Shown: in pieces, positions 1 through 13,449 of the stretch | How the letters are laid out: each line of letters begins with the position of its first letter | Position numbering within the stretch: the stretch's first letter is position 1 | From: Carcharhinus amblyrhynchos | Lineage: Eukaryota | DNA: 64,000 nt | Direction of reading: 5' to 3' | NCBI GenBank assembly: GCA_965287045.1 | Contig: OZ336874.1 | Location: 66,650,001-66,714,000 of the forward strand | Translations under genes and position numbers: made by a program | The notes under the pieces: model-generated | Databases searched by the model: none | Told to the model about the DNA's origin: nothing | What the model saw: the letters and a program-made list of their open reading frames with translations, nothing else

Positions 1-500
1 AACGCCTTCTGAAAATCCAGAAAGACCACATCCACCGGCTCTCCTCTATCCACTGCCCTAGACACATCCTCATAGAACTCCAGTAAATTTGTCAGACACG
101 ACTTCCCTTTAATGAAACCGTGTTGCGTCCGCCCTATCAAGCAATTCCCTTCAAGATGCCTCGCAATTTCCTGCTTAATGACGGATTCTAACATTTTACC
201 TACCACAGACGTTAAACTAACCGGCCTATAATTCCCCGCCTTTTGCCTGGCACCCTTCTTAAACAACGGCGTAACATTAGCCGTTTTCCAATCTTCCGGC
301 ACTTCCCCGGAATCCAGCGACGTCTGGAAAATAACCACCAAGGCATCCACTATCACCTCCGCCATTTCTTTCAGAACCCTCGGATGCATTCCATCCGGTC
401 CTGGGGACTTGTCCACAATCAGCCCCTCCAGTCTGTCGAGCACCACCTCTCTAGTAACAGTAACGTCATTAAGACCCTCCATTCCTACCATGTAGAGCTC
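1..500 (-). mobile_element. CR1-type LINE ORF2 (reverse transcriptase) fragment, cut by the window edge
   Basis: Minus strand reads NYRPVSLTSVVGKMLESVIKQEIARHLEG...QHGFIKGKSCLTNLLEFYEDVSRAVDRGEPVDVVFLDFQKA, typical of CR1 RT; relatively CpG-rich, suggesting a young copy. Confidence 0.9.
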
Positions 501-587
501 TAAGGAACAAACTTGGCAATTGCAGTAGCACAAGTGAAAATAACCTTGCCCACTTGGCATGCATGGACCTCCTTTGAAATGAGAGCC

Positions 588-947
588 AATTGTAGCTCAG
601 TTGGTAGCACTTTCACCTCTCAGTCACATGTTTCCAGATAAACTCAAGAGCATGAGCACAATTATCAAGGCTGACACTCTGGTACAATACTGTGAAGCAC
701 TGCACTGTTGGATGTGCTGTCTTTCAGACGAGCCATTCGACTAAATCTCTATCTGCTTACTTGTCTTTAAGATACCATGGCATCATTTCAAAGAAAATAG
801 TTATCCATTGCGTCTATGCCAGTTATTATCCCTCAATCTATTTCACAGAAACATTATTCTGTCATTATCACACTGTTCTTTGTTCACCAATTGGTTGTAA
901 AGTGCTTTGGGATATGGTTGCAAAAAGCTATATAAAAATACAAAGCT
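588..947 (+). mobile_element. tRNA-derived SINE with Deu-like core (SacSINE1/AmnSINE-like), decayed
   Basis: tRNA-like head GTAGCTCAGTTGGTAGCAC, core and tail TGTAAAGTGCTTTGGGAT...GCTATATAAA; similar to the copy at 28675-29103. Confidence 0.65.
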
Positions 948-3695
948 TGTGGATTGATGTCCACCAGGCATTGCTACGGAGGCTGATGCACTTTGCAGTT
1001 TCTACACTGTCATGCTGCATATGTGCACAGACCTGAAACACACCGATACAGATTATTGACTTAAACACTGAAGCAGCTCAGCAGATATTTTCATTCAGCT
1101 AAACCAAGATTCCTGAAATTGGCCTTCAAAATGGTTTGGAGTTTCTGCCCAGAATGAGAAAGATTGCAGATTTATTTGAAAAAAAATCAAGTTTAGCACG
1201 ATACTCTGGATGAAAAATTAAACACTTTTTTGCAAGCATGCAGGTGGACAAAATATCTCTGTGCTAGAATAAAAAATTGATCACACAAAAGGATGACTTT
1301 CAGTTTGATAGGTGGCACATGAGAAGTGATGGACTGATTTTGGCACATTTTGGGCCTTGGATGAGCATTTTTTGAACAGCTTTCCCATCATATCAAACAA
1401 GCTGCCTTACTAGTGACCAGTCTTGACACAGGAAAGCCGCCATATTGGAACACAGGCAATATGGGATAATATGCATTCATTAGTGGAGACATCTTCCATC
1501 TCATGTGCTAGCCTTACAGCTGTAACATCAAAATCAAACTGTTTAAGAGCATAACATATTAGATAAATTAGAGATCCAATTTTCATTGAACTACATTTTA
1601 AAGAGTAAATATATTGAAATCAAAAAAAACATTGTGTCTCATTTCACCCCAAAAATGCAAGATTCAACTGACCTGATAATAAGACTCTTGCCTAATGTAA
1701 AAATTCTGTCTCCTTTATAAAAAACAAAAGATCTCGCAGTTAGGCTGCGGTCAGCAAGCACCATGCTGATTAAAACCAAGCACATTGCCAATTCACTACA
1801 CTTAGAACCATCGTAATTAACGCAGCTAATTAGAGCAGGAAGAGGAAAAATGTTTAACTATGACATTTCACATCTGGTTATATATTTTGCTCCTTTTTTA
1901 ATCTGATGTGTCACAGATTAAGATGGGACGATACAGACCTTGCAGTGTCATTCTCCTTTAATGAGTTGCTCCTGAAAGGTTGGTGCTCTTTAGCACTAAT
2001 TGCATTCAGATCAGCCAGATTTGGAACAAGTAGGTAGCTCTGCTGTAACTGTGACAATAGCACCACCTACTGGCAGCAACAGTGAATGGGGGTCAGAGTC
2101 AGAAGGAGAGAAAGACTGCAAAAGTAAATTGGGGTATTCATTTAAAATGTGCTCCGACTCAATACATAGCTTCCAAGGACCCCATCGCCCACAGCAAAAT
2201 GAGTTGGTGCCTTCTCAGACCTGGTAGAAGCATCTGAAAGTGCTTCATAGACAATGGAACAGATTTCAGCTCGCTTGGTGAGAATATGTAAGGGATAGGT
2301 TAACATGAGGATGATCCCACTTACTGTCCTAAAGCCACACCATTCCCACCTGGTGGCTCTTGGACAGGAGGTCCTGCTCGGAGACAGTGGGTGTTTTTCC
2401 TCCAGTGTATTAACTCCGAAATCAACCCAAAACAGCTATAACCATATAGCTGGTATTTCAAATGCAAGTTATGATCAACCCAAATCGAACTGCTGCGTGC
2501 TTCTTTACAACTTCAAAATACACATTGCTAGAAGCAGGCTCCACACTCAAAACTGACCACACCGACCAAATTAATCACCATAGCAAGTTTCTGCTAATTG
2601 CAGCCATTTGCAGGTATTCAAGGGGCTCTGAAATTGAAGGCACAAAGGCATTGATTAGAAAACTCTTCAATATTAACTTCTAATTTAAGGAATTGACCAC
2701 TATAGTACAACATAATAAATGGTTAAGTATGTATATATTTCTTAATCACTTTCAGTTGTCTAAATTCAGTTGACTTACAGATGATGAACTCAAAATAAAG
2801 TTTTGAGCATCATTTATAATTGGATGGTGGTTGACCCCAAAGTGAAATCTCATGGTTTGTATTTTCCTCCACTTTGAGGTTCGTCAAGGGGAGAAGGAGA
2901 GAACTTAAGTGTTGAAGTTCCTCTCCAATGAGATCAATTAGTGATTTTTACTGGGATTCAAAGTTAACTCACATGCCAAACGCAACAGAGCCGGCCGGCG
3001 GGAAGGCAGTCCCCGCAGCCAGCTGGGTTCCAGTAAATTAAGATCTTTTTATTCTTTGGTAGGTTTCCTTGGGGGTGAGGAGGAGCAGAAAAAACTGCTC
3101 AGGCCACTCATACTCCTTCACTCTCTCTCCACGCCAGTATCTCTCTGAACATCCTCCCACCCCTACCCTCCCCACTGCCCCAGAACCTAACTGGGTTATG
3201 CTGGGTCCATAGTCAAAATATAAGAACCATGGATGTTAAAAATTCAAGTGTACCTCAAGTTATCCTTCAGGTCCCCAGGGACAGCTGTCTCATGCCTCAT
3301 TTCCCACCCCTGCCCATTGGCTGGCCATGACATCATTCCTGCCAATTTTTGAGTAGGGTGTCAATTTCAAATTTAACCCCCCAGTTGTAATAAACAAGGC
3401 ATCCATTTCACCAACTCACCAGATTTACCACCCACACCTGGTCCATCCTTGAAACATTGGAGTCAATTACATTGTTTTGAAGGCAAGCAGCAGGACACCC
3501 CTTTTACAATTTAATCTGCCCTTGCAGCCTCCTCTCTCTGCCAACCATTCCATGGCTATCTTGGCTTCTGTTCCTCACCATCAGCCATCTTCTTAAAAAC
3601 CTTCCCCTCTGCCTTCACCACCAAGTACAAGAGGCTCATGGATTTCACCATCATTAAGGTTGAGACTGTCCATTCAATTTCCTCTGTGCATCACT

Positions 3696-4160
3696 CAGTG
3701 GCGGATTAAGGGTCCAGAAGGGAGGGGGCCCCAACAGCAAAAAAAAATTGGTTTAACCCTTTTAAGGATGAAGACGTTTTCATAACTATATCATGTGGGT
3801 GAATTTACATAACACCTATAAATAGAAGAGCTTCGCCCCCGGACTTGTACTGCTTGAAAATAAATACAAAATAAGCACATCAAAGAGTTTATTGTCATGC
3901 TCTAAATATCTATACATACTTAATACTTAGTTACATATAGCACTTTTTTCAACATTCACCTTACGTACTATTAGTGCCACACTACAGCACGGTAATGTCA
4001 CCACTGCCTCCAATGCTGTCAACGTATCATCAAATTCACGATCATCATCTGATAATTCACCAATATCAACATCAAAATCCTCAGCATGATGCAGGGGCAA
4101 GGTCAGGGGGCCTTACTAAAGCTCAGCCTAGGGGTCCACGTGGTAGGTAATCCGCCACTG
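3696..4160. mobile_element. Non-autonomous hAT-type DNA transposon (MITE), 465 bp
   Basis: 13-bp TIRs CAGTGGCGGATTA (3696-3708) and TAATCCGCCACTG (4148-4160); perfect 8-bp TSD GCATCACT at 3688-3695 and 4161-4168. Confidence 0.9.
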
Positions 4161-5319
4161 GCATCACTCATTCCCCTTCTCCACCATTCAATGCTTCCTC
4201 CAAGGTTCCTACCTATCACGGTCCTCAATCTATGTCTTTCTCCAGTTTCTGTCCATCTCCCCTTGTGCCTTCTCCAGGCTCATTCCTGTCCAGCAGGCTC
4301 ACCTCCTGCTCTCCAACCCTGTTCCCATTCAATCCTGGTAAAATGTCATTCATGTACAAAGTAGACAATTAAGAAATTCACATTTGCAATGAGATTTGGT
4401 GCTAAATTCCAATGGATTAGAGACAGCAAACAGTGATTCAAGACCAAATGTCAACTTCAATCTAATTGGCTTGATAGGAAATTGATAGAATTGCACCAGC
4501 CACTTAATCTGATGCAAGCATGTTCCCACCTGGCAGTTTATGTTCAAATGATACACCAACAGCGCAGAGGGGCATTGTTCAGCTGAAGTAGGGTTTGGAC
4601 CAAAGCACATGGATGAATTCAGTGCCAGTTTTAAGATTTTTGAAAGCAATTTTTAAACTTGCACTTTAAATGCCTATATATACGCACATACAAAATTATA
4701 TGTTTAAACTTGTCTCTCTACACAAACTCTAGCAGGGCTTTTCTGCAGGCTTCAGGATCACGGTATCAGGTTCAAATGGGGGAAGTGGGGCATTCACTCA
4801 CCTATAATTTTCCCCGAGTTGGCCAGATGGTAGGTTCACTGCTCAATTAAGAAAGGTGGGCATGTTCTCTAAACTGGAGGATGAATAGCAGGTTGGTAAA
4901 TGAGAGTGTGGGCGCCCAAAGATGCACACACCATCTCTCCAACTTATGGAAATCTTAAGTAAAGCAGGTCTGCGCAGTCAGGTCACGATATTTTAGCAGG
5001 ATGAGGAGGAAGAGGGAAAACACCATGCCGGTCGGCAAAGCAAACTTCCATGTCTATCCACACACCTCCATGGCTATCCACATCAGAGCCTGAATATTCA
5101 GCCCCTGTCAGATGTGGTAATGCAGCACCACCATTGGAGGAAGATGCAATTACAGCTTAAGTAGTTTACAAACTCTTATGAGTACATTTAAAAAGAGAAA
5201 GTGTGCAGATTTGAAATAAATTACTAGTCAATCTCCCATGCATCGACAACAAAGTATAAGATTAAGTATAGTCTTCAGATGAAGCAGCATTATAGAGTAG
5301 GGAATAATAGGGTCAAGAG

Positions 5320-5872
5320 CAAAGTGTGCAGGGTACACTGAAGGTCTGCAAAAGGATATAGATAGCTTAAGTGAGTGGGCAAGGGTCTGGCAGATGGAGT
5401 ACAAACATTGGTAAATGGGAAGTCATCCATTTTGGTAGAAATAATAGCAAATTGGACTATTCTTGGTAAAAAGTTGCAGCATGCTGCTATGCAGAGGGAC
5501 CTGGATGTCCTTGTGCATGAATCACAAAGTTGGTTTGCAGGTGCAGCAGATAATTAAGGCAGCAAATGAAATTTTGTCCTTCTTTGCTAGAGGGACGCAG
5601 TTTAAAAACAGTGACATTGTGTTGCAACTGTACAAAGTGTTGGTGAGGCTGCACCTGGAGTACTGTGTAGAGTTTTGGTCTCCTTACTTGAGAAAGGATA
5701 TGCTGGCAATGGAGGGGTGCAGAGAAGATTCACTAGGTTGATTCCAGAGTTGAGGGGGTTAGCTTATGAGGAAAGACTGACTAGACTGGGACGATCAGCC
5801 GTGATCTTATTTAATGGCAGAGCAGGCTCGAGGGGCCAAGTGGCTTAATCCTGCTCCTAGTTCTTATGTTCT
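5320..5872 (+). mobile_element. CR1 LINE 3' fragment
   Basis: Translated remnant LQLYKVLVRLHLEYCVEFWSPYLRKD; CR1-type tail CCTGCTCCTAGTTCTTATGTTCTT. Confidence 0.85.
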
Positions 5873-6127
5873 TAAGGCTGAGGGGGAATTGATGGAGACC
5901 ACGAGAGAGGAGGTTATCAGGAAAGGAGGAAGGTAGAGTCCAGATTGATGCTCAAGTGTGAAAACATAAGGAGCATTAAAGGCTGAGTGGAAAGATGAAA
6001 TGAATTTGAGGCCAGGGAGATGAGGAATGTCCAGCAAGATTACAATCCTGGTAGAGTTCAATGTGTGTTAGGACTGAGAATGAAGTGATGAAGAGTGCCC
6101 CTGTGGTGTGTGGTGAACGATGAATTT

Positions 6128-6147
6128 GGGGGGGGGGGGGGGGGGGG
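6128..6147 (+). repeat. Poly-G run (20 nt)
   Basis: Read directly. Confidence 0.9.
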
Positions 6148-6651
6148 TGGTAGAATTGTGGGTGATTGTTCACTGTGCTGGAAAAGCAGGGGAGGATCTT
6201 TTGCTCTGTATTGTTTTGAAGGATGGACAAGTTCAGTTGATGTTAGATTCAGTGCAGAAAAGGTTTCAATAAATTAAGTATGAGCAATGATGCTCCTGGA
6301 GCTGGTGATTATCCTATATTCATCCTCACCCCTTCAAAAGAACCACCAAGGGGTTTGCTTATAACTCAAATCACACTTCTCTGCAATGAGACAACATACT
6401 GGTTAAGTGAATCCAGTCTTCCTTCCTTTGAGAAGTCTATTCCCACTTCAGATAGAACTCTCGATGCTTGCTCAAAAAGTGGCTGGGTTTCCAAATCCTG
6501 ATGGGATTTCCAAATGGGCAATAAATGCTGGCCTAGCCCATATCCTGTAAATGAATAAAAATCATCTTTGTTGACACAGGTTAGTAATTTGCAATGAACA
6601 TCATTAACTATTCACAGATTGACATGGATAATCTTGCTCTGTCTATTAGGA

Positions 6652-6981
6652 ATCATCAATTTCATGGAATCCTACAATGCAAAAGTAGGCCATTCGACCC
6701 ATTGAGTCTGTACCAATCCCAATCCCACCCAGGCTGTATCCTCATAACCCCATGCTTTTACCCTAGCTAGTCACCCTGACACTAAGGGGCAATTTAGCAT
6801 GGCCAATCCACCTAACTTGCACATTTTTGGACTGTGGGAGGAAACTGGGGCATCCGGAGGAAAACCACGCAGACACAGGGAGAATATGCAAACTTCACAC
6901 AAACACTAACCCAAGGTGGGAATCAAACCTTGGTCCATGGCGCTGTGAAGCAGCAGTGCTAACCACTCTGCCACCATGCCC
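6652..6981 (-). mobile_element. HE1-like V-SINE
   Basis: Minus strand GGGCATGGTGGCAGAGTGGTTAGCACTGCTGCTTCACAGCGCC head, V-domain-like core and CR1-like tail; similar to copies at 15097, 43006 and 53872. Confidence 0.85.
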
Positions 6982-8729
6982 TGAAAAATGACAGGACCAA
7001 AAGAACCACTCATAAAAGAACCACCAAAACTTGCTGATGCATCATGACAGAAGGTGGTGCAACGTTGAACTGCAAGTCATCAGAAACCGAGTTTTTAAAT
7101 CGCAGCGAATCGGGAAAAATGGAGGAGTGGAGGCTTGTACTTACCCACATAGCAGAGGAAAATCTCAAAATCACCCTGAATCATACCATATTTTCCAATG
7201 AGGGTTGGGGACTGGAGCATAGACTCAGGAAACGCAAGAGGAAAACTCTGCCAGTTTGTTAGTGAATCAGTGTGAGCAGATTAATACATTCATTAGGGGA
7301 GAAATGTGAACCATTCCACATCGCTGCAGATCAGGAGCAGATTTCCATTCAAATAAGTGGATGGCATATATATGTATATAAAATTTCAAATGATAGAACA
7401 AGGAATGACAAAATATCCTTTCTGGAGTATCACACCACCTTCAGAATTTATTTACTTCAACTCAGTTCCTTATTGGAAAATTTATTTTCAAATGAGCTTT
7501 AAAAAGATGATGGCACTTAAAATGAACCAAGCATTTTGAGCATTTGAATTAATGATGAACTCTTGAGACTCTACCCCTACCAGTATTTGATCACTTGAAA
7601 AATAAAAATGTTAGGATTATAATTTATTTTACATGGTTCTGATGCAGTACAGTGATCACCATTAACTTATTATGTTTATTCAAAAAATATGCACCAAATT
7701 CTCAGGGGCAGAACAATCAAGGAAGGAAAAGCCACCAGCAATTAAATAAACGGATTGACTTGGCTCTGGCAATGGCAGATACTATAAATCTGAAGGAATT
7801 GGTGAAAATTTTAATAAAGCTTCAGTGCTTAAAAAGGAAAAGTTAAGACAATTCAGATGTTTTGTATTGCACCTTTTCGTTGCAAGCCCAATCTAGTTAG
7901 TGGTGTGTCTTGCAAAATACCAAGCTTCGCAACATGTTTTTCTGTCAGTGGCAAGTTAGAAACTGTCCTTGAGAAGATGCAAAAATAGAGAATGTCGGAA
8001 ATGTAGAATGCTTTGCAACTTCAATAGTGTGGTAGGGTATGGATGCACTCTTCCTTATTTTGAAAGAACTTGGGATTTATATATTAATATGCAGTTTTGA
8101 GTTTGCAAACGCTCCCAGAAGAATTAAGTACAGCACACACTACATATACACAAAAGAATTCTACTAAAGAATAGTTCAGCATTAAATTGAAATCTTTCAT
8201 TGCCTTCCTGTTCAGGAATTAGACAGAAAGACTATATTATACACAAACACAATTTATTTGGGAAACTGAGATTGAGTAATAGCCAAGCCAAAGGACCCAC
8301 AGCAGTGTGGTGAAATGGAGGTATTTTTCTCAGTTATTTCCAGAGTGGCTCCAGGTCTCTTCATCATCCAGGAGACAGTGGAAGAAATGTTGGGAATATG
8401 GGAATGACTCCAGTAAGAAGTGAGGGAAGCATGCATTAGCCTGATGATCCTTTCTCGTCCAGAGTACATAACATATGCAGTGAAGATATGGTGTTGGGGC
8501 TATGAGAATCATCACTTTTTTCTGTCCTTACCCATGTTACACTTTCTAGAAGGGCAATTGATTCAAGATCTGGAGCACATGTCTTGCCATAGCTATGAGT
8601 GTAATGAAGCCCATGTTAGCACCCCAACTGCTGACCAAGTTGAGATTATCAATTCAATATTTATTGATTAAATCCAGACCATTCTGATATGAATGTTTAG
8701 CATCACATGAACATTTCAGTGCCAGGGGA

Positions 8730-9400
8730 GTAATGAATCAGCATCCTTCCATGTTGGACACCACTTGATGGAAGCAGTGAAGGTAGCAAGGCTGCAGAAT
8801 GCAGAATGTTCTGAGTGGGGTCTTGAATCATCAGCAGTGGCTCAGTAGTACCACCATAGTGCTAGTTGGCGGAATCTTAAAGAACATAGTTGCTAGACAG
8901 AGGGAGAGATTATCTTTGAACCCTTTTTTCTAACAAGAGTACAATCCTCCAGTCTTCTGGCACTAGCTCTAAAGTCTAAGGAATACTGAAACATTATGGC
9001 CAGTACCCCAACTTCTACTTTCTCAGTATCTTTGGATGCATCTCATCCTGTCCTAACTCCGTCACTCTCCAAACTCTGCTTTTCACCAGCCCTATTCTTA
9101 TTGAACTCCTGGCTTTTCACCAGTCAATGGACTGGACATAGACTGCTTCAGTACCAGAGAAGTCACAAATGGTAGTGAACATCGTGCAGTCATCCGCAAA
9201 CATTCCTACTTCTGACCATATGAAAGACAGGAGGCCATTGAAGAAGCAGCTGAAGATGGTTGGGCTGAAAACACTACCCTGAGGGATTCCTGCCATTATT
9301 TTTTGGAACTATTATGATTGATCACCAAGAATCACAACCATTTTCCTTTGTGCCAGGTATGACATCAACCACTGCCAAGTTTTCCCCTTGATTCCCAGTT
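8730..9400. mobile_element. Highly decayed LINE fragments
   Basis: Patches resembling shark LINE endonuclease/RT sequence (e.g. GAAGCAGCTGAAGATGGTTGGGC...ACACTACCCTGAGG). Confidence 0.45.
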
Positions 9401-9729
9401 ACTTGAACACTATATGGAGTATATCGAGGGACATTGTTTTTATTCTATATGTAATTAACATAAACACAAATCTCCTTGAATTTAAGGGGAAGTCACTATG
9501 TGATCAATTGCCACATGCACAATTTGAGAGACCCCCTAGTGGTCCTGAAGTACAAAATACAACAAACAAAATATTTTTAAAGAAATAAAGTAATAGATGC
9601 CTGTTTCCCCTTCCCAGACACTTTAAAATTGAAAGAGATGAGTAAGTGAGCCAGCTAAGGTCAATGTAGCTGAGGAAGTGATGAAAATTGAGGGAGGGGA
9701 ATGATTTTATGGTTTGTGTATAGAGGAGG

Positions 9730-10115
9730 AACGAGATCTTGTGGTGCAGTGGGTAACATCCCTGCCTCTGAGCCAGAAACTTTGGGTTCAAGCTCCATCT
9801 CAGGACTTGATGGCCATGGAAGGTGTTTTCACAACGCAATAAAACTTCTGACCTTACGATGGACAGAAATAACTGAAAGTGGTTGTCCGAGAAGACTACC
9901 ACAAAGGATTCCTGTAACAATTTTCTTGGACTGATATGATTGGCCCCCAACAAGCACTTTCAGGTTAATTATTAATCTGCAAATCCTTACCACACCTAAA
10001 GGCAGGCAGTGGCGGTGATATTCTTGATCAGCTATGTTTGAAATGGAGTGGCACTCCCTCAAACCCTCTGTCTTCAGGCAACCTGTTCCAGGAAAAACAT
10101 GCAATGGAAAATGAA
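9730..10115 (+). mobile_element. tRNA-derived SINE-like element (third family)
   Basis: A-box-like GTGGTGCAGTGGGTAAC and B-box-like GGGTTCAAGCTCC. Confidence 0.45.
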
Positions 10116-11639
10116 ATGAAGCATGTGTTTTGCACAGTAGTGACTCAAATGATCATTCCTTATGCCAGAACCTCGACATGAGAGGCTGGCAGGTTGTTAC
10201 GAAGAGACAACAGCCCAATTTGATTTGCATCAGATATTTATTTGTACATGTTCTATGAAGCACTGAGTCGTCCATCAAACCTCCCCCGACTCCCACACGA
10301 CTCCAACCACTCCCCACAGACACTGAGTTAAACCCAAGATCACTTTGAGCTGCATCCATTGCTCAGTTCCAGCTATGTATTTAAAGCCCAACTTATTGAG
10401 TCTCAGTTAATATAATCATCCACAATGCTGTTTTTCTTCATGTCAAATATGATGCCTAGCTTAATTCACAATATGTTACGGTAACACAGTTAGCACTATT
10501 TTCCTGTACCTCAATTTCTGCTGTTTTCAAGTGAAACATTAAACAATTGAAAATAGGTATAAAGATTCCACATATCAGCCAGATTTCATGCAGAAAGCCT
10601 GTGGGCTGATTTCCCTTAGAGGTTGTCTCTTGCTTTTAAATTCCTGGAAAGTGGTATTAGCATCAACAGGTTCCATTGTAATGCTTAGCTTTTAAAAGGC
10701 TTTGTACAGGAAACCTTCATTCCCACTAAATAAATCATCGGGTGCAAATCAAAGCTAGAATAATTAATGATTCCTCATTTCTGATACTAAACAGTCTAGA
10801 AATTTTTAAAAATGCTCATTAAGACAATCTCAAATTGATAAGAATTTTAGAGAAGTATGTTAACCCTATCAACAAAAACATATGAAAAATATTGCTGGAA
10901 GCTTAATTCTACTGTCGCGATTGGCTCATCTATTATTAATTGAGATTTTCAATAACATGGCTGTTTTAAATTGACATTCAAATTGACCTTTTACAAGCTC
11001 CCAGGAGAGGCTCTAAAGTCAAGCTATTATTAAGAAGCTGTAGCCTCTAATCATCGTACAGTAGAATGTCTAGTCAGAAGTACCTATTGTGTATTTGTAA
11101 TGACCATAAAATTTATACTGAACTCATTATGAACTCAACGTATTTCCAACATGTACACCATCAATTCAACATTGTCTACACCATTATAACATTTTATGCA
11201 CAAAATGACAATTTATCTACTGCTTTGATTGAATACCTAAAGATTTTCAACAGCCCAGCAGGGGCCATGGTGCTTGTTTGCTGAACTCCACAGAAGCAAA
11301 TTAAAATCTGATGGCAAATGGTCTAAGAGTTCAAAGACCAGCTGTAAGCTACAGGAGTGCTTCAAGTAAAGTAGTAACTGCAGAATGTTTCACAGCAATT
11401 CACAAAACACTGTCATAAAAAGTCAAAGACACTCATTACAATGCTGCCTAAAAAAAAAATTGCCTTCCTTAAACTTCAGTTTTAATTTCATGGCATTTTA
11501 CATCAACATAACGTGAACAGACACCTCGCTTTTTTATCGAGGGCAAAGGGGCAATTTATAATCTAGTGTTTATTAAAGCTTACAATTTATATTTCAGAGT
11601 TTTTAATTGAACCTTTATTCTGACTTCAAAACAATTGTC

Positions 11640-11890
11640 GTAAATGTTGCAAATAACAAAAGTTGCATTGCTGAAAAAGAGAGACAAGCTATCAAAGCTT
11701 TTTGTCTTGCACTCATCAGGACAGATTTACAAGATACCAACTGCAAAACGAACAATTTATACTGCATGAGAAGAGTGTGCTGATTGGTTGACAGATGGAC
11801 ACAAACTGGTCGAGCCATTGCTATGCAGAATGCACCAGGAAACAGTTGATTGCCATGCTTTAGCTTAAATTCAAGGAAATCAACGAAGAT
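11640..11890 (-). mobile_element. Penelope-related terminal remnant with a degenerate hammerhead motif
   Basis: Minus strand TGTC-CTGATGA-GTGCAAGAC-AAAA-AGCTTT-GATA at 11690-11723. Confidence 0.5.
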
Positions 11891-13449
11891 TATCCAAGGC
11901 AAAGTTTCCCAAGCCTTTCCAAAAACTGTAAGAAACGTTATTACATTGAAGGGTTAAACCACACAAAATGATTATGCATCAAGTAGAAACATACAAAACA
12001 TGCGCACACAGACTCAGGGCCAAAAGCAACCCACACAGCACACTCTGCTTACCACCCTTCCTTCCCCCCGCCCCCCAGCCCCACCTCATTAGTACCCTTC
12101 AGCCCTCACCTCCCCAGTAGTTGTGACTCACCTTGCTCTGCCATCCGGTTGTCTTCATTCTTGGTCTTGCCTGTGAACTTAAACTGACTTCTCCAGTATT
12201 TCTGGCTCATCCAATCAAAGGCTGACTTCTCAGTGCATTGGCTGGGGATAGGTTGACAAGTATGCCGATCGGTAGCCAATCGAAAGAATGTGTTTGAGAT
12301 CCCATTCTTAAAAGTTAATTTGGTCAGACCTCCTCCAGAAAGCCTGGATTGAGTCCTGTGGAACTCAGTTTGGGAATCCCAATGGCATTGCCATGGGGAA
12401 TTAACCGGGAATGACAATGAAGGCGGCAAAATGCTTGGAGATGCTCCTGCCTGCAAGGCCCTGAGAGTTTGAATATCTGTAGCTACTGTGAACAAGATTT
12501 AAAGATAGATATAGTCATGGGACGTGGGCATATCTGACTCGGCCAGCATTTATTGTCCATCCTCAATTGCTGTCCAGGTGATAGTGAGCTACTTCTTGAA
12601 CCACTGGAGTTAGTGATCTATGTGGGTCCAGAGTGCTTTTGGGAAGGCTGGTGGATGTGCTTCAGGGTTTCGACCCAGCAGGCGGCTCCTCGCTTTCAGA
12701 GATTACATGGTCGGAGAGACTTATTTTGTCCTTAATGGCTTTATTAATTGTGCTGCTAAGCTGCATCCATCTAAGTTAGTTTAAAGTGTAGAGCAAGCAG
12801 GTATTGTTTACGGTGCGGTCATCGTCTGAGGCGATGTAGTGCCACAAACATATCAAATCTAAAAATGAAAATATAATTCGCACATCTCAGAGCAAGCACA
12901 GTAGTGTACAACGTAAATTAGTAAACCGATAACCACTGCCACCCTGGATAAACACTTACTCCATCATGGGACTGTCTTTCACTTCTGCATCCTTCTTTCT
13001 CCAGTACCCCAAGTCCAGCAAAGGGGTCCCACTAATGGAAATAAATGAGGCCTCGGGATGCCATCTCCCACCCTTAACATCTGGCTCCCTTCACCCTCCT
13101 TGTGGAGTTTCTCTCAATGGTCTTAGCAATCCTGCCATACTCATCTTGGTCTGGGGTCTCCTCCGACAATCCTTCGAGTGAGTCCCATTCCAGGACTGGC
13201 AATGGCCAACATTCCCCGAGGTACTGCCAGTATCATGTGCTGCCCGATTCTAAGTGGCCAGCAGTTCTTGAGGGCAGGATGTTGCTGTTTGTGGGAGCCA
13301 GATCTGGGTAAACTGACTGCTGCATTTTGTACATTACATCAAGGATGTTCGCCTGTCTGCCTCATTACTGATTCTCGATATTTGCCCTATTGTCACATCC
13401 TTGTCCCCTACAGACAGTAATATGGAGGCTAAGCACATCCAGTACGGCT

